From OCS155 cluster bacterium AG-349-E07 (GTDB lineage: Bacteria; Actinomycetota; Acidimicrobiia; Actinomarinales; Actinomarinaceae): 64,000 nt of DNA. Below the pieces are notes generated by a model that was not told where the DNA came from, did not search any database, and was given only the letters and a program-made list of their open reading frames with translations. How positions within the stretch are numbered: the first letter of the stretch is position 1; every line of letters begins with the position of its first letter. The stretch lies in assembly GCA_003281085.1 (NCBI GenBank), contig QCCZ01000003.1:8386-72385 (forward strand), given 5' to 3'. Below, piece after piece: positions 1 through 9,894 of the stretch. A program made the translations under genes and the position numbers.

Positions 1-1002
1 CAGGAACTTGAAAAAAAATTATTGGAAGATTCAGAATTTAAACTTTTGTGGGATCAATTTAACGAAAAAAACATAGCAAATATAAATACAGCTCTTAGTG
101 AAAAGAAAGCAACACGTGTAGCTGGTAGTGAAGTCCTAAAAGATATTGGTAAGTCTAATAAGTTTATACTAGGTGGATCAGCAGACTTAGCGGCATCAAC
201 AAAGCAGATTATTTCTGATGCAGTTTATTCGTCTGATAATCAAACTGGACAAGTTCTTGAATATGGAGTCAGAGAACATGCTATGGCTGCAATTACTAAC
301 GGCATAACCCTCCACAGCTCATTAATTGGGTTTGGGTCAACGTTCTTGGTATTTTCAGATTATATGAGGCCAAGCATAAGGCTTGCTGCATTAATGGAAT
401 TAAACTCTGTTTTTATATTTACGCATGATTCTATTTATCTAGGAGAAGATGGACCTACACACCAACCAATAGAGCATCTTATGTCACTAAGACTTATACC
501 TGGTGTTGACGTGATAAGACCTTCGAACAGTAAAGAAATAGTATATTCATATCAATACATATTTTCAAAAACAAATAATCCAAAAGTTTTAGTTTTAACG
601 AGACAAAATATTGACTATTTAGAGACCAACACTTCTTACGAAGATTTTAAAAAAGGGTATTATGAATTAGCTCATGGAACTGATGCGACAATTTTTGCTT
701 CGGGATCAGAAGTCAATCTTGCTATAGAAGTTAGTAAGTTGTTAAAAGAAAAATCAATACAGATAATTAGTACCCCGATACTAAATAAATTGAAACCAGA
801 GTTAATCGAATCTCTAGGTATTAATAATAAAGTTTTCACTATTGAGTTAGGAAGATCGATAGGTTGGCAAGATTATGTAGGACCAGTAACAAAAAGTTTT
901 AGCATAGATACCTTTGGGGCTTCAGCGCCAATTGATCAGTTAGAAGATAATTTCAATATGGAAGCTAAAAAAATATCTCAACAGATTTTAGATTTATTAT
1001 AA
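1..1002 (+). CDS. tkt: Transketolase, C-terminal portion (the 5' end lies upstream of the window)
   Basis: The frame is open from nt 1, and the track M at 22 is an internal TTG. The transketolase signature LGEDGPTHQPIEHL is present. Stop codon at 1000-1002. Confidence 0.9.
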   Translation, partial: QELEKKLLEDSEFKLLWDQFNEKNIANINTALSEKKATRVAGSEVLKDIGKSNKFILGGSADLAASTKQIISDAVYSSDNQTGQVLEYGVREHAMAAITNGITLHSSLIGFGSTFLVFSDYMRPSIRLAALMELNSVFIFTHDSIYLGEDGPTHQPIEHLMSLRLIPGVDVIRPSNSKEIVYSYQYIFSKTNNPKVLVLTRQNIDYLETNTSYEDFKKGYYELAHGTDATIFASGSEVNLAIEVSKLLKEKSIQIISTPILNKLKPELIESLGINNKVFTIELGRSIGWQDYVGPVTKSFSIDTFGASAPIDQLEDNFNMEAKKISQQILDLL

Positions 1003-1003
1003 A

Positions 1004-3973
1004 TTAACAACCTGTATAAGCACGCATAGCAGATTTTGTTCTATTTCCAGCCACACCATCAGGTATTAAACCAACTTTTCTTTGGAATGCTTTTATGGCC
1101 TCTTTTGTATAAGAACCCATTTCTCCGTCAATTATTCCAGGATTGAATCCGTTGTTTGAGAGGTATGTTTGGATATCTGCGACTGAATCCAATTTAGCTC
1201 CGGTATTATCTCTCGCATTACAAACATTAGTACTTCTACAACCTGTATAAGCACGCATAGCAGATTTAGTTTTGTTACCAACAATACCATCTGCTAGAAG
1301 ACCACTCTCTTTTTGGAATGCGATAACAGCATTTTTAGTTTTTGGCCCACTTTGTCCATCAATTGGACCAGGATTGAAACCATTATTCGATAGGAACTGT
1401 TGTACGTCTAATATTGAATTTATAACTAAACCTGAATTGTCTTTAGGAACACATGCATCGTTACCTGCATTTGGATTAGAAACTGCAGTTGTACTAGCAT
1501 CTTCAACTTCTGAACCGTTTGCAGACCACCCTTCTTGAAAAGGATTTGAATTAAATGTATCGCTTGAAATTAAAGATTTACTCACCATTTGGTTCACTAT
1601 GTATGCAACTTCACCAATAGATATTTTTCTACTTGGACAAAATTTATCTTGAAGGGAACTACAAGCTGGAATAACATCATTTGCAGCCAAAACATTAATT
1701 TCATTTGTCCATTTACTTGCACCCTCATCGGAGTATTTATCTATTGCTCCTGATAAATTTGTTGTAGATCCTGCTGTAATGGCTTTGACAAGCATACATG
1801 CAAACTGGTCTCTAGATATGGTCTCTGTTGGTTGAAACTGGAATGGACTTCCTATACATACTTGTATTCCATAATAAGGTATGCCATTAATTGCTTTTTG
1901 AAAAATGCTTTGATCATCATCACTGTATGCATTTGGTGCATCTAATGAAATTCCTCCGATAACTGTGACCACTGCAGCTGCTTCTTCTCTTGTCATAGTT
2001 TTAGCCTGACAAGCTGATGAAGTTTCAGTGCAGTTGTTTAATAATCCAGCTCCAGATAAATAATTTAACCCTGCTGTAGAAGTTGCATATTGAGCAACGT
2101 CGCCAGTTGTGCTTGTAACACTTGTACCATTAGTAGAAGTAGTGGGTGAAGTGTTAACTGTTACTGGTCCAATTGCAAGGTTAGATACGTCTGATTGACT
2201 GGAGGTTTTAAAATAATGAGAAGTAAATCCTAATTGAGATTTAATATTTCTTCCTGATTTTGTAACAGTTTTTGAAGAACCATTTCTAAAACCTTTCAAT
2301 GTCACTTCAATAGCGGCTCCAGACTCTGCTACAGATGAAATATATATATCTGTGATTGCATCAAAACAAGGAATGTCTCCACACAGTATGTTTTTGGATA
2401 ATTGATAAGTTGAGAAATCATAAGACCATGCAGCTTTTGGATTTCCTACTCTGTTATCAACTGACCAAGGATCATCAACTGTTTGGAGATATGGCCATGC
2501 CGTAGCAGAACCAAATCCAACTGCATTATTATTAGTTTTTCCACCAGTAGACGAAGAGTAGAAAGCTTGAATTACAGAGCTTTGAGTGTAACCACCAGAG
2601 TATGTTATGACTTTTCCTGATGTATTATTTACAGCTTGAACCCAATTAGGACCAGCTATTTCCTTTAGATACCCATAATAATATTGACTTGATGCGGTTG
2701 AACCAATATGACACCAACAATATGCTTGCCTAGATGTAGATAAGCCAGCGTTCAGCTCTGTAGATTGAGCTGGTATATTTTGTTTTAAATATTGATAGAC
2801 AGCATAACTCCTACCAACAAGTGCCTGAGCTTCTAATGCTTTCACATTCCAGTGAGATGGCATTTCTGCTAGTCCATATAAATACTTTTCTATATTTACA
2901 GATAAAACAACATGAAATCCTGAAGAGACATTTTGGGAACGTAATTTAAGTACACCATGTTTGTGTTCACGAGGTCCAACTCTAATTCTTCCACCGTCAG
3001 ACCAACTGATACCAATATTACAACTAGCTGTTGTTCTATTAACAAGGGGATGGCCATTAAAGTAGCATCCATTTCCATTTGAAATTACATTAATTGTTGC
3101 CCCACCACTTATTTTTAGCGGTCCAAATATAGATTCACATGACCCATCAGAACTTGCCTCGGACTTGATTTTATTTAATGTTTCAGTATCAATACTCCCT
3201 GACTGACTCAGACCAACGGATGCTTGGTAATTTTTTAAAGCATTTGATGTTTTATCACCAAAAGCACCGTCAACAGGACCGGGTTCGAAGCCTCTAGAAG
3301 TTAAGAATACTTGAACTCCTGCCACATCAGAAAGTCCATCTTGGCAAATAGAAAGCATGGGTGGACTAGATGAAGGAAGTGTAGTGAGATTTATACTCTT
3401 AGCATTTCTTGCTAGTCCAACCCACAAAGCATTATTACCAGTTGCAATATCTGGAGATGATAAGCTAATTTCAGACAGATTTTTCACGGTAGTGTCTTTG
3501 AAGTAATAATCAACAACCTCAGTAGATGTACATGAGCTAGTATTACTGCAAAAACTTGCACCAAGTTCTGTCAAACCTTTGGCACCATATTGGCTAAGTC
3601 CAACACCATGACCCCAACCACTACCAGTAAAAGTAAAAGACACTGTACTGTATCCTCTCATTGCTTGTTTTGTTGCTGGACCAACAACGCCATCAGGAGT
3701 CAAACCAACTGATTTCTGAAAAGTTATTATTGCGTTATTTGTTCTCGAGCCACTCAAGCCATCAATTGGTCCTGGATTAAACCCATTACAACTTAGAAAT
3801 GTTTGAATATCTAAGAGATTATTAAGCGGAGCCACTGCATTATCCACGCAGAACATATTTGAGTCATATTTAATCTCTAGTGCTTTTGCTTCTTCTTCTG
3901 GTGAAAATACCAATGCGAAAGCTATTAAAAACGTAAAAATATAAGCAGAATTTTTTAAAAACCCCTGTTTCAT
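1004..3973 (-). CDS. Secreted SpoIID/LytB-domain cell-wall protein with four peptidoglycan-binding repeats and SLH-like segments
   Basis: Signal peptide MKQGFLKNSAYIFTFLIAFALVFSP. Four PG_binding_1-like repeats (NGFNPGPIDG..G..T..AI..FQK..GL..DG..G..T). SpoIID-like motifs GHGVGLSQYGAKG, ALEAQALVGRSYAV and FYSSSTGGKT. SLH-like stretches TREEAAAVV and SRDQFACMLVKAI. Confidence 0.75.
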   Translation of the reverse strand: MKQGFLKNSAYIFTFLIAFALVFSPEEEAKALEIKYDSNMFCVDNAVAPLNNLLDIQTFLSCNGFNPGPIDGLSGSRTNNAIITFQKSVGLTPDGVVGPATKQAMRGYSTVSFTFTGSGWGHGVGLSQYGAKGLTELGASFCSNTSSCTSTEVVDYYFKDTTVKNLSEISLSSPDIATGNNALWVGLARNAKSINLTTLPSSSPPMLSICQDGLSDVAGVQVFLTSRGFEPGPVDGAFGDKTSNALKNYQASVGLSQSGSIDTETLNKIKSEASSDGSCESIFGPLKISGGATINVISNGNGCYFNGHPLVNRTTASCNIGISWSDGGRIRVGPREHKHGVLKLRSQNVSSGFHVVLSVNIEKYLYGLAEMPSHWNVKALEAQALVGRSYAVYQYLKQNIPAQSTELNAGLSTSRQAYCWCHIGSTASSQYYYGYLKEIAGPNWVQAVNNTSGKVITYSGGYTQSSVIQAFYSSSTGGKTNNNAVGFGSATAWPYLQTVDDPWSVDNRVGNPKAAWSYDFSTYQLSKNILCGDIPCFDAITDIYISSVAESGAAIEVTLKGFRNGSSKTVTKSGRNIKSQLGFTSHYFKTSSQSDVSNLAIGPVTVNTSPTTSTNGTSVTSTTGDVAQYATSTAGLNYLSGAGLLNNCTETSSACQAKTMTREEAAAVVTVIGGISLDAPNAYSDDDQSIFQKAINGIPYYGIQVCIGSPFQFQPTETISRDQFACMLVKAITAGSTTNLSGAIDKYSDEGASKWTNEINVLAANDVIPACSSLQDKFCPSRKISIGEVAYIVNQMVSKSLISSDTFNSNPFQEGWSANGSEVEDASTTAVSNPNAGNDACVPKDNSGLVINSILDVQQFLSNNGFNPGPIDGQSGPKTKNAVIAFQKESGLLADGIVGNKTKSAMRAYTGCRSTNVCNARDNTGAKLDSVADIQTYLSNNGFNPGIIDGEMGSYTKEAIKAFQRKVGLIPDGVAGNRTKSAMRAYTGC
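1007..1267 (-). repeat. 30-nt perfect direct repeat (1007..1036 and 1238..1267) marking a tandem duplication of the C-terminal PG-binding domain
   Basis: acaacctgtataagcacgcatagcagattt occurs twice, 231 nt (77 codons) apart. Both copies encode KSAMRAYTGC. Confidence 0.9.
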
Positions 3974-4003
3974 GTAATCATTTTAGATAAATTGATATAT
4001 ATT

Positions 4004-4384
4004 TCACATTCCAGCATTATTTTTCCAATCTCTAAACATATTAAATCCATAAGTAAAAAAAAGATAAATGATAAAAATTCCGTAAGTCAGTGGGAATAAT
4101 TTTCCTGCAAATCCTGGAAAAATTGCTGGTGGTAAAAATAATAAAGAAAAAGACATCAATAATCCCAAGAATTTATTTTTATCAAGTGCATCAAGTGATA
4201 TTGCAAATAATGTCAAATACATTAGAAAAGTTAGTAAAAATTCAGGTGAAAAAAAGTTAATTGAACTATTGTCTTCAAGAAAATAAATTAATCCAATAAA
4301 AGCCACGGTTAGCAAGATTGCTTTTTTGAAATTTTTTTTCAATATTGATATAAACATATATATTATTGTAAAGAATATATGCAA
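4004..4384 (-). CDS. Small integral membrane protein, function unknown
   Basis: 126-aa ORF with about four hydrophobic helices and no recognisable motif. Confidence 0.5.
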   Translation of the reverse strand: MHIFFTIIYMFISILKKNFKKAILLTVAFIGLIYFLEDNSSINFFSPEFLLTFLMYLTLFAISLDALDKNKFLGLLMSFSLLFLPPAIFPGFAGKLFPLTYGIFIIYLFFTYGFNMFRDWKNNAGM

Positions 4385-5041
4385 TTGAGTGAGTTTACTT
4401 ATATCTTTCTAGCACTTTGTGTGCCGTTTTTTGCTTATATCATTAAAAGCACTGATCCGAAAAAGGGCTTTAGTATTTTATTTTCTGCAATTATTGCAAT
4501 GAATATTTTTCTATATATGAATCAGTTTTCATATATTGGAGCATTTTTTCTTGCTATGTATTTAAATTTATTTAAAAGATCAGAAAAGCTTTACCTTTTA
4601 TTTCTAAGTTTTATTAGTTTTGCAGTTGGAGCATACACTCTAGTAGGCCAAACCTTATTTATGTCTGCATTGCCAATAATGATGGTATCTTCTGTATTTT
4701 CTTTAATGATGATAGGACATTGGTTTTTGGTAGATCCTACAATAAGTAGAGAGGGTATGAAAAATACAGCTTTATTTTCAACCTATTTATCGATTGGAAT
4801 CTCAATACTTGTATTTTCCGGTTTGTACGAGAGCTCATCAAGTTTATTTAATTTAATTTCTACAAATATGCTCAATAATATCATTATATTTTTATACCTC
4901 TCTGCAGCATTATTATCTTTTGGTTCATATAAATCTTTACAAGAAAAGTCGTATACGGGTGTAATGGCCAGTACAGGACTGAGTTATTTGTCATTAATTG
5001 TATCAATGGGTGCATCAGGAACATTAATACTTTCCATTTAA
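4379..5041 (+). CDS. Polytopic membrane protein, function unknown
   Basis: 220-aa ORF with about 6-7 hydrophobic segments. It is divergent from 4004..4384, and the two start regions overlap by 6 nt. Confidence 0.55.
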   Translation: MQLSEFTYIFLALCVPFFAYIIKSTDPKKGFSILFSAIIAMNIFLYMNQFSYIGAFFLAMYLNLFKRSEKLYLLFLSFISFAVGAYTLVGQTLFMSALPIMMVSSVFSLMMIGHWFLVDPTISREGMKNTALFSTYLSIGISILVFSGLYESSSSLFNLISTNMLNNIIIFLYLSAALLSFGSYKSLQEKSYTGVMASTGLSYLSLIVSMGASGTLILSI

Positions 5042-5056
5042 CACTAATCTAAGAGT

Positions 5057-5599
5057 ATGAAAATTTATACAAAGAAAGGCGACAAAGGTGATACCAGTCT
5101 TTTATATGGTGACCAGGTCTCAAAAGACAACATAGCACCAGAAGCATATGGATCAGTAGACGAACTTGTTGCTGCACTTGGCTTAATAAGGTGTGAAGAT
5201 AAATTGCCGATTGAAGTAAAAGATACTACTCTCCGAATTCAAAGAGAACTATTTATTGTTGGTGCAGAGCTAGCGACTGATAAAGAAAAAAGAAATAAAT
5301 TAGAAGATGGTAAAACAAGGGTAACTGAATCTATGATTAAAACTCTCGAGAAAGATATTGACTTTCTCACTGAAAAAAATGGCATTCCTACATATTTCGT
5401 TGTCCCCGGTGAAAATGTTATATCGGCAAAATTTGATTGGGCAAGAGTGGTTTCCAGAAGAGCCGAAAGAAAATGTGTTACATGGTATAAAACTTTGCAA
5501 ATTGAAGACACAAAAGTTGTAACCTATTTGAACAGGTTGTCAGACTTTCTTTGGATGATGGCACGTGAATTTGAAGAAGATTGGACACCAAGTAGTTAA
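5057..5599 (+). CDS. PduO-type ATP:cob(I)alamin adenosyltransferase
   Basis: The N-terminus MKIYTKKGDKGDTSL matches the family T(R/K)xGDxGxT signature. The 180-aa length is typical. Confidence 0.85.
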   Translation: MKIYTKKGDKGDTSLLYGDQVSKDNIAPEAYGSVDELVAALGLIRCEDKLPIEVKDTTLRIQRELFIVGAELATDKEKRNKLEDGKTRVTESMIKTLEKDIDFLTEKNGIPTYFVVPGENVISAKFDWARVVSRRAERKCVTWYKTLQIEDTKVVTYLNRLSDFLWMMAREFEEDWTPSS

Positions 5600-6981
5600 T
5601 GAAAGAACTATCTATTTTATTTGTAGATTCTGTGAATGATAGTCTATTAAATCATTTTAAAGACGAAGAGCAAATCAAAGATTATTTTGAAATAAATAAA
5701 TTTAAAGCAAGCAAAAAAGAGATGTTGCTTGTTCCAAAACTATATTTAAAAAATGAAAAAGATACAATTCTAGTATCTATAGATGATTCTTTAAATAAGA
5801 ATGAATTATGTGAGCTTGGCTCAAAAGTAAGAAATAAAATCCCTTTTGATTGCAATATAAGTTATCTTTTGAATTTGGAAACTGAAGTAGATCTTCAGGA
5901 ATTTACACTTGGGTTAATCCTATCAGGTTACAAATTTGAAAAATACGTTGAAACGGACTCCAAAGAAATCAATATTCAATTTGATGAGTCAATTAACATC
6001 GATGAGCAAAAATTTATAAAAGATTCAATCTATTTTGTTAGAGACCTAGTTAATTTACCAGCACTTGATAAAACTCCAGATTATTTTATTAATGAAGTTA
6101 AGCAACTAATTGATAATGAAAAAATTAAATTAACAATATTTGATAAGAAATGGTTATTGAAAGAAAATTTTGGTGGTGTAATTGGTGTCGCGCAAGGTTC
6201 TTCAAAAGACCCCTACTTTCTTGTTGGTGAATATAACACTGATGCTGATTTTCAAATAGCACTAATTGGTAAAGGCGTACTGTTTGATTCAGGTGGACTT
6301 TCGTTAAAATCTCCATCTGGAATGGAAACCATGAAAACAGATATGGCAGGTGCTGCAACTGCTTGGGCTGTTATAAAACTTGTTGCTTCACTGGGGTTAA
6401 ATGTTGGTGTAAAAGTTTATACGCCTTTGGTAGAAAACATGCCAAGCAGTACTGCAATTAGGCCCGGAGATGTTTTAAAAATGAGAAATGGAAAAACTGT
6501 AGAAGTTTTAAACACTGATGCTGAGGGAAGATTAATTATGGCAGACGCTCTAGCTTTTGCTGTTGAAAAAAAACCAGATTTAATATGTGACGTAGCAACA
6601 TTGACTGGAGCTGCGTATGTTGCTTTGGGTGTTGATATAGGTGCAGTTATTTCCAATTCAGAAAAGTATGCAGCTGAATTCATAAAATCCAATAAAAATC
6701 AGGTTGAGTCTTATCACGAACTTCCTTTATTTCAAGGTTACAAATCTTTAATAAAATCTAGCATTGCTGATATGAAAAACACTGGAGGAAGATTTGGAGG
6801 TGCAATTACTGCTGCATTAATACTTGAAGAGTTTGTCGATGAAATTCCTTGGGTTCACTTAGATATAGCAGGCCCAGCAAGAGCCAGAAGTAGTTCCGCT
6901 TTAAACCCAGAGGGTGGCACTGGCTTTGGTGTTATTGGTTTGGTGAATTTCTTTAAGCTATTGTCTAAGAATCCTCAGTAA
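5599..6981 (+). CDS. pepA: Leucyl aminopeptidase (M17 family)
   Basis: NTDAEGRL catalytic signature, plus the GKGVLFDSGG and MKTDMAGAA motifs. Confidence 0.9.
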   Translation: MKELSILFVDSVNDSLLNHFKDEEQIKDYFEINKFKASKKEMLLVPKLYLKNEKDTILVSIDDSLNKNELCELGSKVRNKIPFDCNISYLLNLETEVDLQEFTLGLILSGYKFEKYVETDSKEINIQFDESINIDEQKFIKDSIYFVRDLVNLPALDKTPDYFINEVKQLIDNEKIKLTIFDKKWLLKENFGGVIGVAQGSSKDPYFLVGEYNTDADFQIALIGKGVLFDSGGLSLKSPSGMETMKTDMAGAATAWAVIKLVASLGLNVGVKVYTPLVENMPSSTAIRPGDVLKMRNGKTVEVLNTDAEGRLIMADALAFAVEKKPDLICDVATLTGAAYVALGVDIGAVISNSEKYAAEFIKSNKNQVESYHELPLFQGYKSLIKSSIADMKNTGGRFGGAITAALILEEFVDEIPWVHLDIAGPARARSSSALNPEGGTGFGVIGLVNFFKLLSKNPQ

Positions 6982-9847
6982 ATTTACTTATAACAAAAAC
7001 TAAAGTATCACCAGTTGTCATGACTGCTCCTTGAGCAACATTTGTTCCAATGATTTTTCCATTACAATTATCTAGCTCGTTTTCTTCGAACTCTTCTTTG
7101 AGGAAAATAATAACATTATTATCCCTCATGAAATCTCTGATTAGACTTTCACCTTCTTCAGGTGTCAAAGTGCATGGTGTAATACTTGGAATAGCAGCTG
7201 AAAATTTATTACCTGAAACTTCTAGGATTACCTCTGTTCCTTCTGGTAATTCTTCACCATTTTCAATATCCTGAGTTAATACTAGACCAGGAGCCTCATC
7301 AGATTCTACTAAATTTATTGTTGGTAAAATATAAGATGAAAAGGCAATTTCTTCTGCATCTAGAATATTTAAACCAACTAATTGTGGAATTTCTATTGTA
7401 GGTATTTCATAATATTTATCTATATCACTTGGATCTAATGGCCAGTTAACAACAGGCAAGTCTTTAACTACCTCAGTCATAAATTCTTTCCACATAGGAG
7501 CAGGTACTCTTCCACCAGAAACATTTCTTATGACTTCTCCTTTTATTTCTACATCTGTGAGAGGCAACTGTTCTTCGGCAAAACCAACCCAAACTGATGA
7601 AGTATATTGGGGTATAAATCCGATAAACCATGCTTCTCTAAAGCCTTGATGAGTTCCTGTTTTTCCAGCAATCTCTCTATCATCAAGGACAGCTCTTGTA
7701 CCAGTTCCATACTGAGCTGCTACCTCAAGAGTTTTTCGCACTGCTGCTGCAGCACCTGGGTCAGGGATACTAGTCCTTGGAGATACAATATGCCTATAAA
7801 TAACATTGCCTTTATCATCCTCAATTTTTTCAATTAAGTATGTAGGTGCTAAAACACCATTTGTGGCGAATGATGAATATGCAGAAGCCATCTCAATTGG
7901 CGTTGCAGCTCCAGCGCCTAAAGTTAAAGAAATAACAGGATCTAATATTGAATTAATTCCTATTCTTTTTGCAGTAGAAGCTAATTTTTCCCCACCAAGC
8001 TCAGATGCAAGCTGTGCAAATACAGTATTTATTGATCTCCTTGTTGCTTCTTCCAAAGATATCATTCCTGAGGTATCTAATAGTTTTATAGATCTGTTGT
8101 ATTCAGCTTTATCTTGGCAAGGTTTAAAAATATATTGAATTTCTGACTCTAAATCAATTTGAGTTAGATTTAGTTGATTTTCAATAAGTTCGGGATCAAA
8201 AATTATGACTTGATCTTCTGGAATTTCTTCTCCTTCCTCTAATTCTCTATAAATTATTAAATTACCTTCAGAATCATATTGGCCTAATGCTTTTGCAATT
8301 TCCATAATTTTTTCTTCCTCAGTTTCTAACTCATCAAGATTTAAACCGAGAGGGAATTGTTTTATAAAATCTTTATTTTTAATTTCTTCAACATGAAAAT
8401 CAAAGCATTGAAGTTCAATAGCTCTATCTTGAGCATCAATTTTATTAAGGTATCTATCTGCGGTAATTGATGTTCCATAGTTTCTTACAACCCATTTTTC
8501 TCCTACACCATCAGGAGCACAAGGATAACCACAATTAATTTCAACTGGACTTCTAGAATCTCTATAGCTGTACAACTTTGCACCTGATTCAAGTGCTGCC
8601 AAAAGGGTTATTGGTTTAAAAGCGGACCCAGGATTTCTTTTACCTTGTGTTGCTAAATTGTATTGTTCTTCATCAAAAGGCAATCCTGAAGCCATTACTT
8701 CAATTGCGCCTGTGTAATTGTTAATTAATGTAATTACACCTGTTGGTTTTGGTTCATCTGGGTTTTCTTCGTCAGGATCAGGCGGAACCCAAGTATTGAG
8801 TACAGTATTTGCATGTTGTTGCAATGACAAATTAAGAGTCACATATACTTTTAAACCTCCACCTCCAAAACAATTCGTATCATCAGAGGGACAACCAAAA
8901 ACTGCTTTCTTTCTCTCTTCTTTTGTATTGCCTAATACAGCAAATTGGGGATCATTTAATAATTGTCTTTTTACTTCAGCCACAACATGTTCTGCCTGTG
9001 CTACAAAATTTTTGGATTCAACAACATTTAGAGGAGCAAGTTTTGCTGATCTTGCTTGGATATCTACTATAAACCCTTCTTTTAGCATTATATTTATGAC
9101 ATCGTTTCTTCTTTCAAGAACCCTATCTGGATATTTTCTCGGGTTGTAATAAGCAGGGCTTCTAATAATTACAACTAAGGTTGCTGCCTCATCAAGTGTT
9201 AACTCCTGAACAGTTTTATCAAAGTATTCATAAGCTGCTGATTGGATTCCATAAGCACCTGAACCCCAATAAATTGAATTAATATAATATTCAAGAATTT
9301 GATCTTTTGTGTATCTTCGTTCAAGCTCTGCTGCTACTACAGCCTCAGCTACTTTTCTTCTTATAGAAATTTCGTCACCAACAAAAGATTGTTTTGCAAC
9401 CTGTGAAGTTATAGTTGAACCACCTCTCGTTACGCCCCTTAGATTATCTAAAACAGCACTGAGAATTGCAATAAAATCTACTCCTTCGTGCTGGTAATAG
9501 TTACTATCTTCAGCAGCTAAAAGTGTGTTTATTACAAAAGGCGGAACATCTGACAAAGCAATTGGATCCCTGTTTAATCCATCATGCAATTCATCAAGAA
9601 TTTGATTATCAGAAGTATAAATGATCGAAGGTTCAGATAGTGAAACAAAATTTAATACCATTCCCTCAGCTCTTGGGAGAAATTTTTCTTCTAAATCAGT
9701 AACGACTGACATTGCAGACTTTATAGGCAGAAAGACAAAAAAACCAACCCAGGCGGCAAAAAGAAAACTACTGAGTATTAATAAAAATCCAGCTATGTAC
9801 CTTGATCCAAATCTAGTCTTATTTTCAAGGTTATGTATTTCTGCCAT
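6965..9847 (-). CDS. ponA: Class A penicillin-binding protein (transglycosylase and transpeptidase) with a C-terminal PASTA-like region
   Basis: N-terminal TM anchor. GT51 motifs EDSNYYQHEGVD and RGGSTITSQ. Transpeptidase motifs SAFK (SxxK), SIN (SxN) and KTGT. Confidence 0.9.
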   Translation of the reverse strand: MAEIHNLENKTRFGSRYIAGFLLILSSFLFAAWVGFFVFLPIKSAMSVVTDLEEKFLPRAEGMVLNFVSLSEPSIIYTSDNQILDELHDGLNRDPIALSDVPPFVINTLLAAEDSNYYQHEGVDFIAILSAVLDNLRGVTRGGSTITSQVAKQSFVGDEISIRRKVAEAVVAAELERRYTKDQILEYYINSIYWGSGAYGIQSAAYEYFDKTVQELTLDEAATLVVIIRSPAYYNPRKYPDRVLERRNDVINIMLKEGFIVDIQARSAKLAPLNVVESKNFVAQAEHVVAEVKRQLLNDPQFAVLGNTKEERKKAVFGCPSDDTNCFGGGGLKVYVTLNLSLQQHANTVLNTWVPPDPDEENPDEPKPTGVITLINNYTGAIEVMASGLPFDEEQYNLATQGKRNPGSAFKPITLLAALESGAKLYSYRDSRSPVEINCGYPCAPDGVGEKWVVRNYGTSITADRYLNKIDAQDRAIELQCFDFHVEEIKNKDFIKQFPLGLNLDELETEEEKIMEIAKALGQYDSEGNLIIYRELEEGEEIPEDQVIIFDPELIENQLNLTQIDLESEIQYIFKPCQDKAEYNRSIKLLDTSGMISLEEATRRSINTVFAQLASELGGEKLASTAKRIGINSILDPVISLTLGAGAATPIEMASAYSSFATNGVLAPTYLIEKIEDDKGNVIYRHIVSPRTSIPDPGAAAAVRKTLEVAAQYGTGTRAVLDDREIAGKTGTHQGFREAWFIGFIPQYTSSVWVGFAEEQLPLTDVEIKGEVIRNVSGGRVPAPMWKEFMTEVVKDLPVVNWPLDPSDIDKYYEIPTIEIPQLVGLNILDAEEIAFSSYILPTINLVESDEAPGLVLTQDIENGEELPEGTEVILEVSGNKFSAAIPSITPCTLTPEEGESLIRDFMRDNNVIIFLKEEFEENELDNCNGKIIGTNVAQGAVMTTGDTLVFVISKFTEDS

Positions 9848-9894
9848 GAGAAAATTCTAATCCTTATATGTAACAATATTGTACAATTAGACAT

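Noticed and set aside
7050-9860. Several plus-strand ORFs of 62-143 aa (for example 7806..8138 and 8718..9149)
   Set aside because: All lie antisense within the class A PBP gene, which has every catalytic motif. They are Ser/Cys/Phe-rich artefacts of the opposite-strand codon bias.
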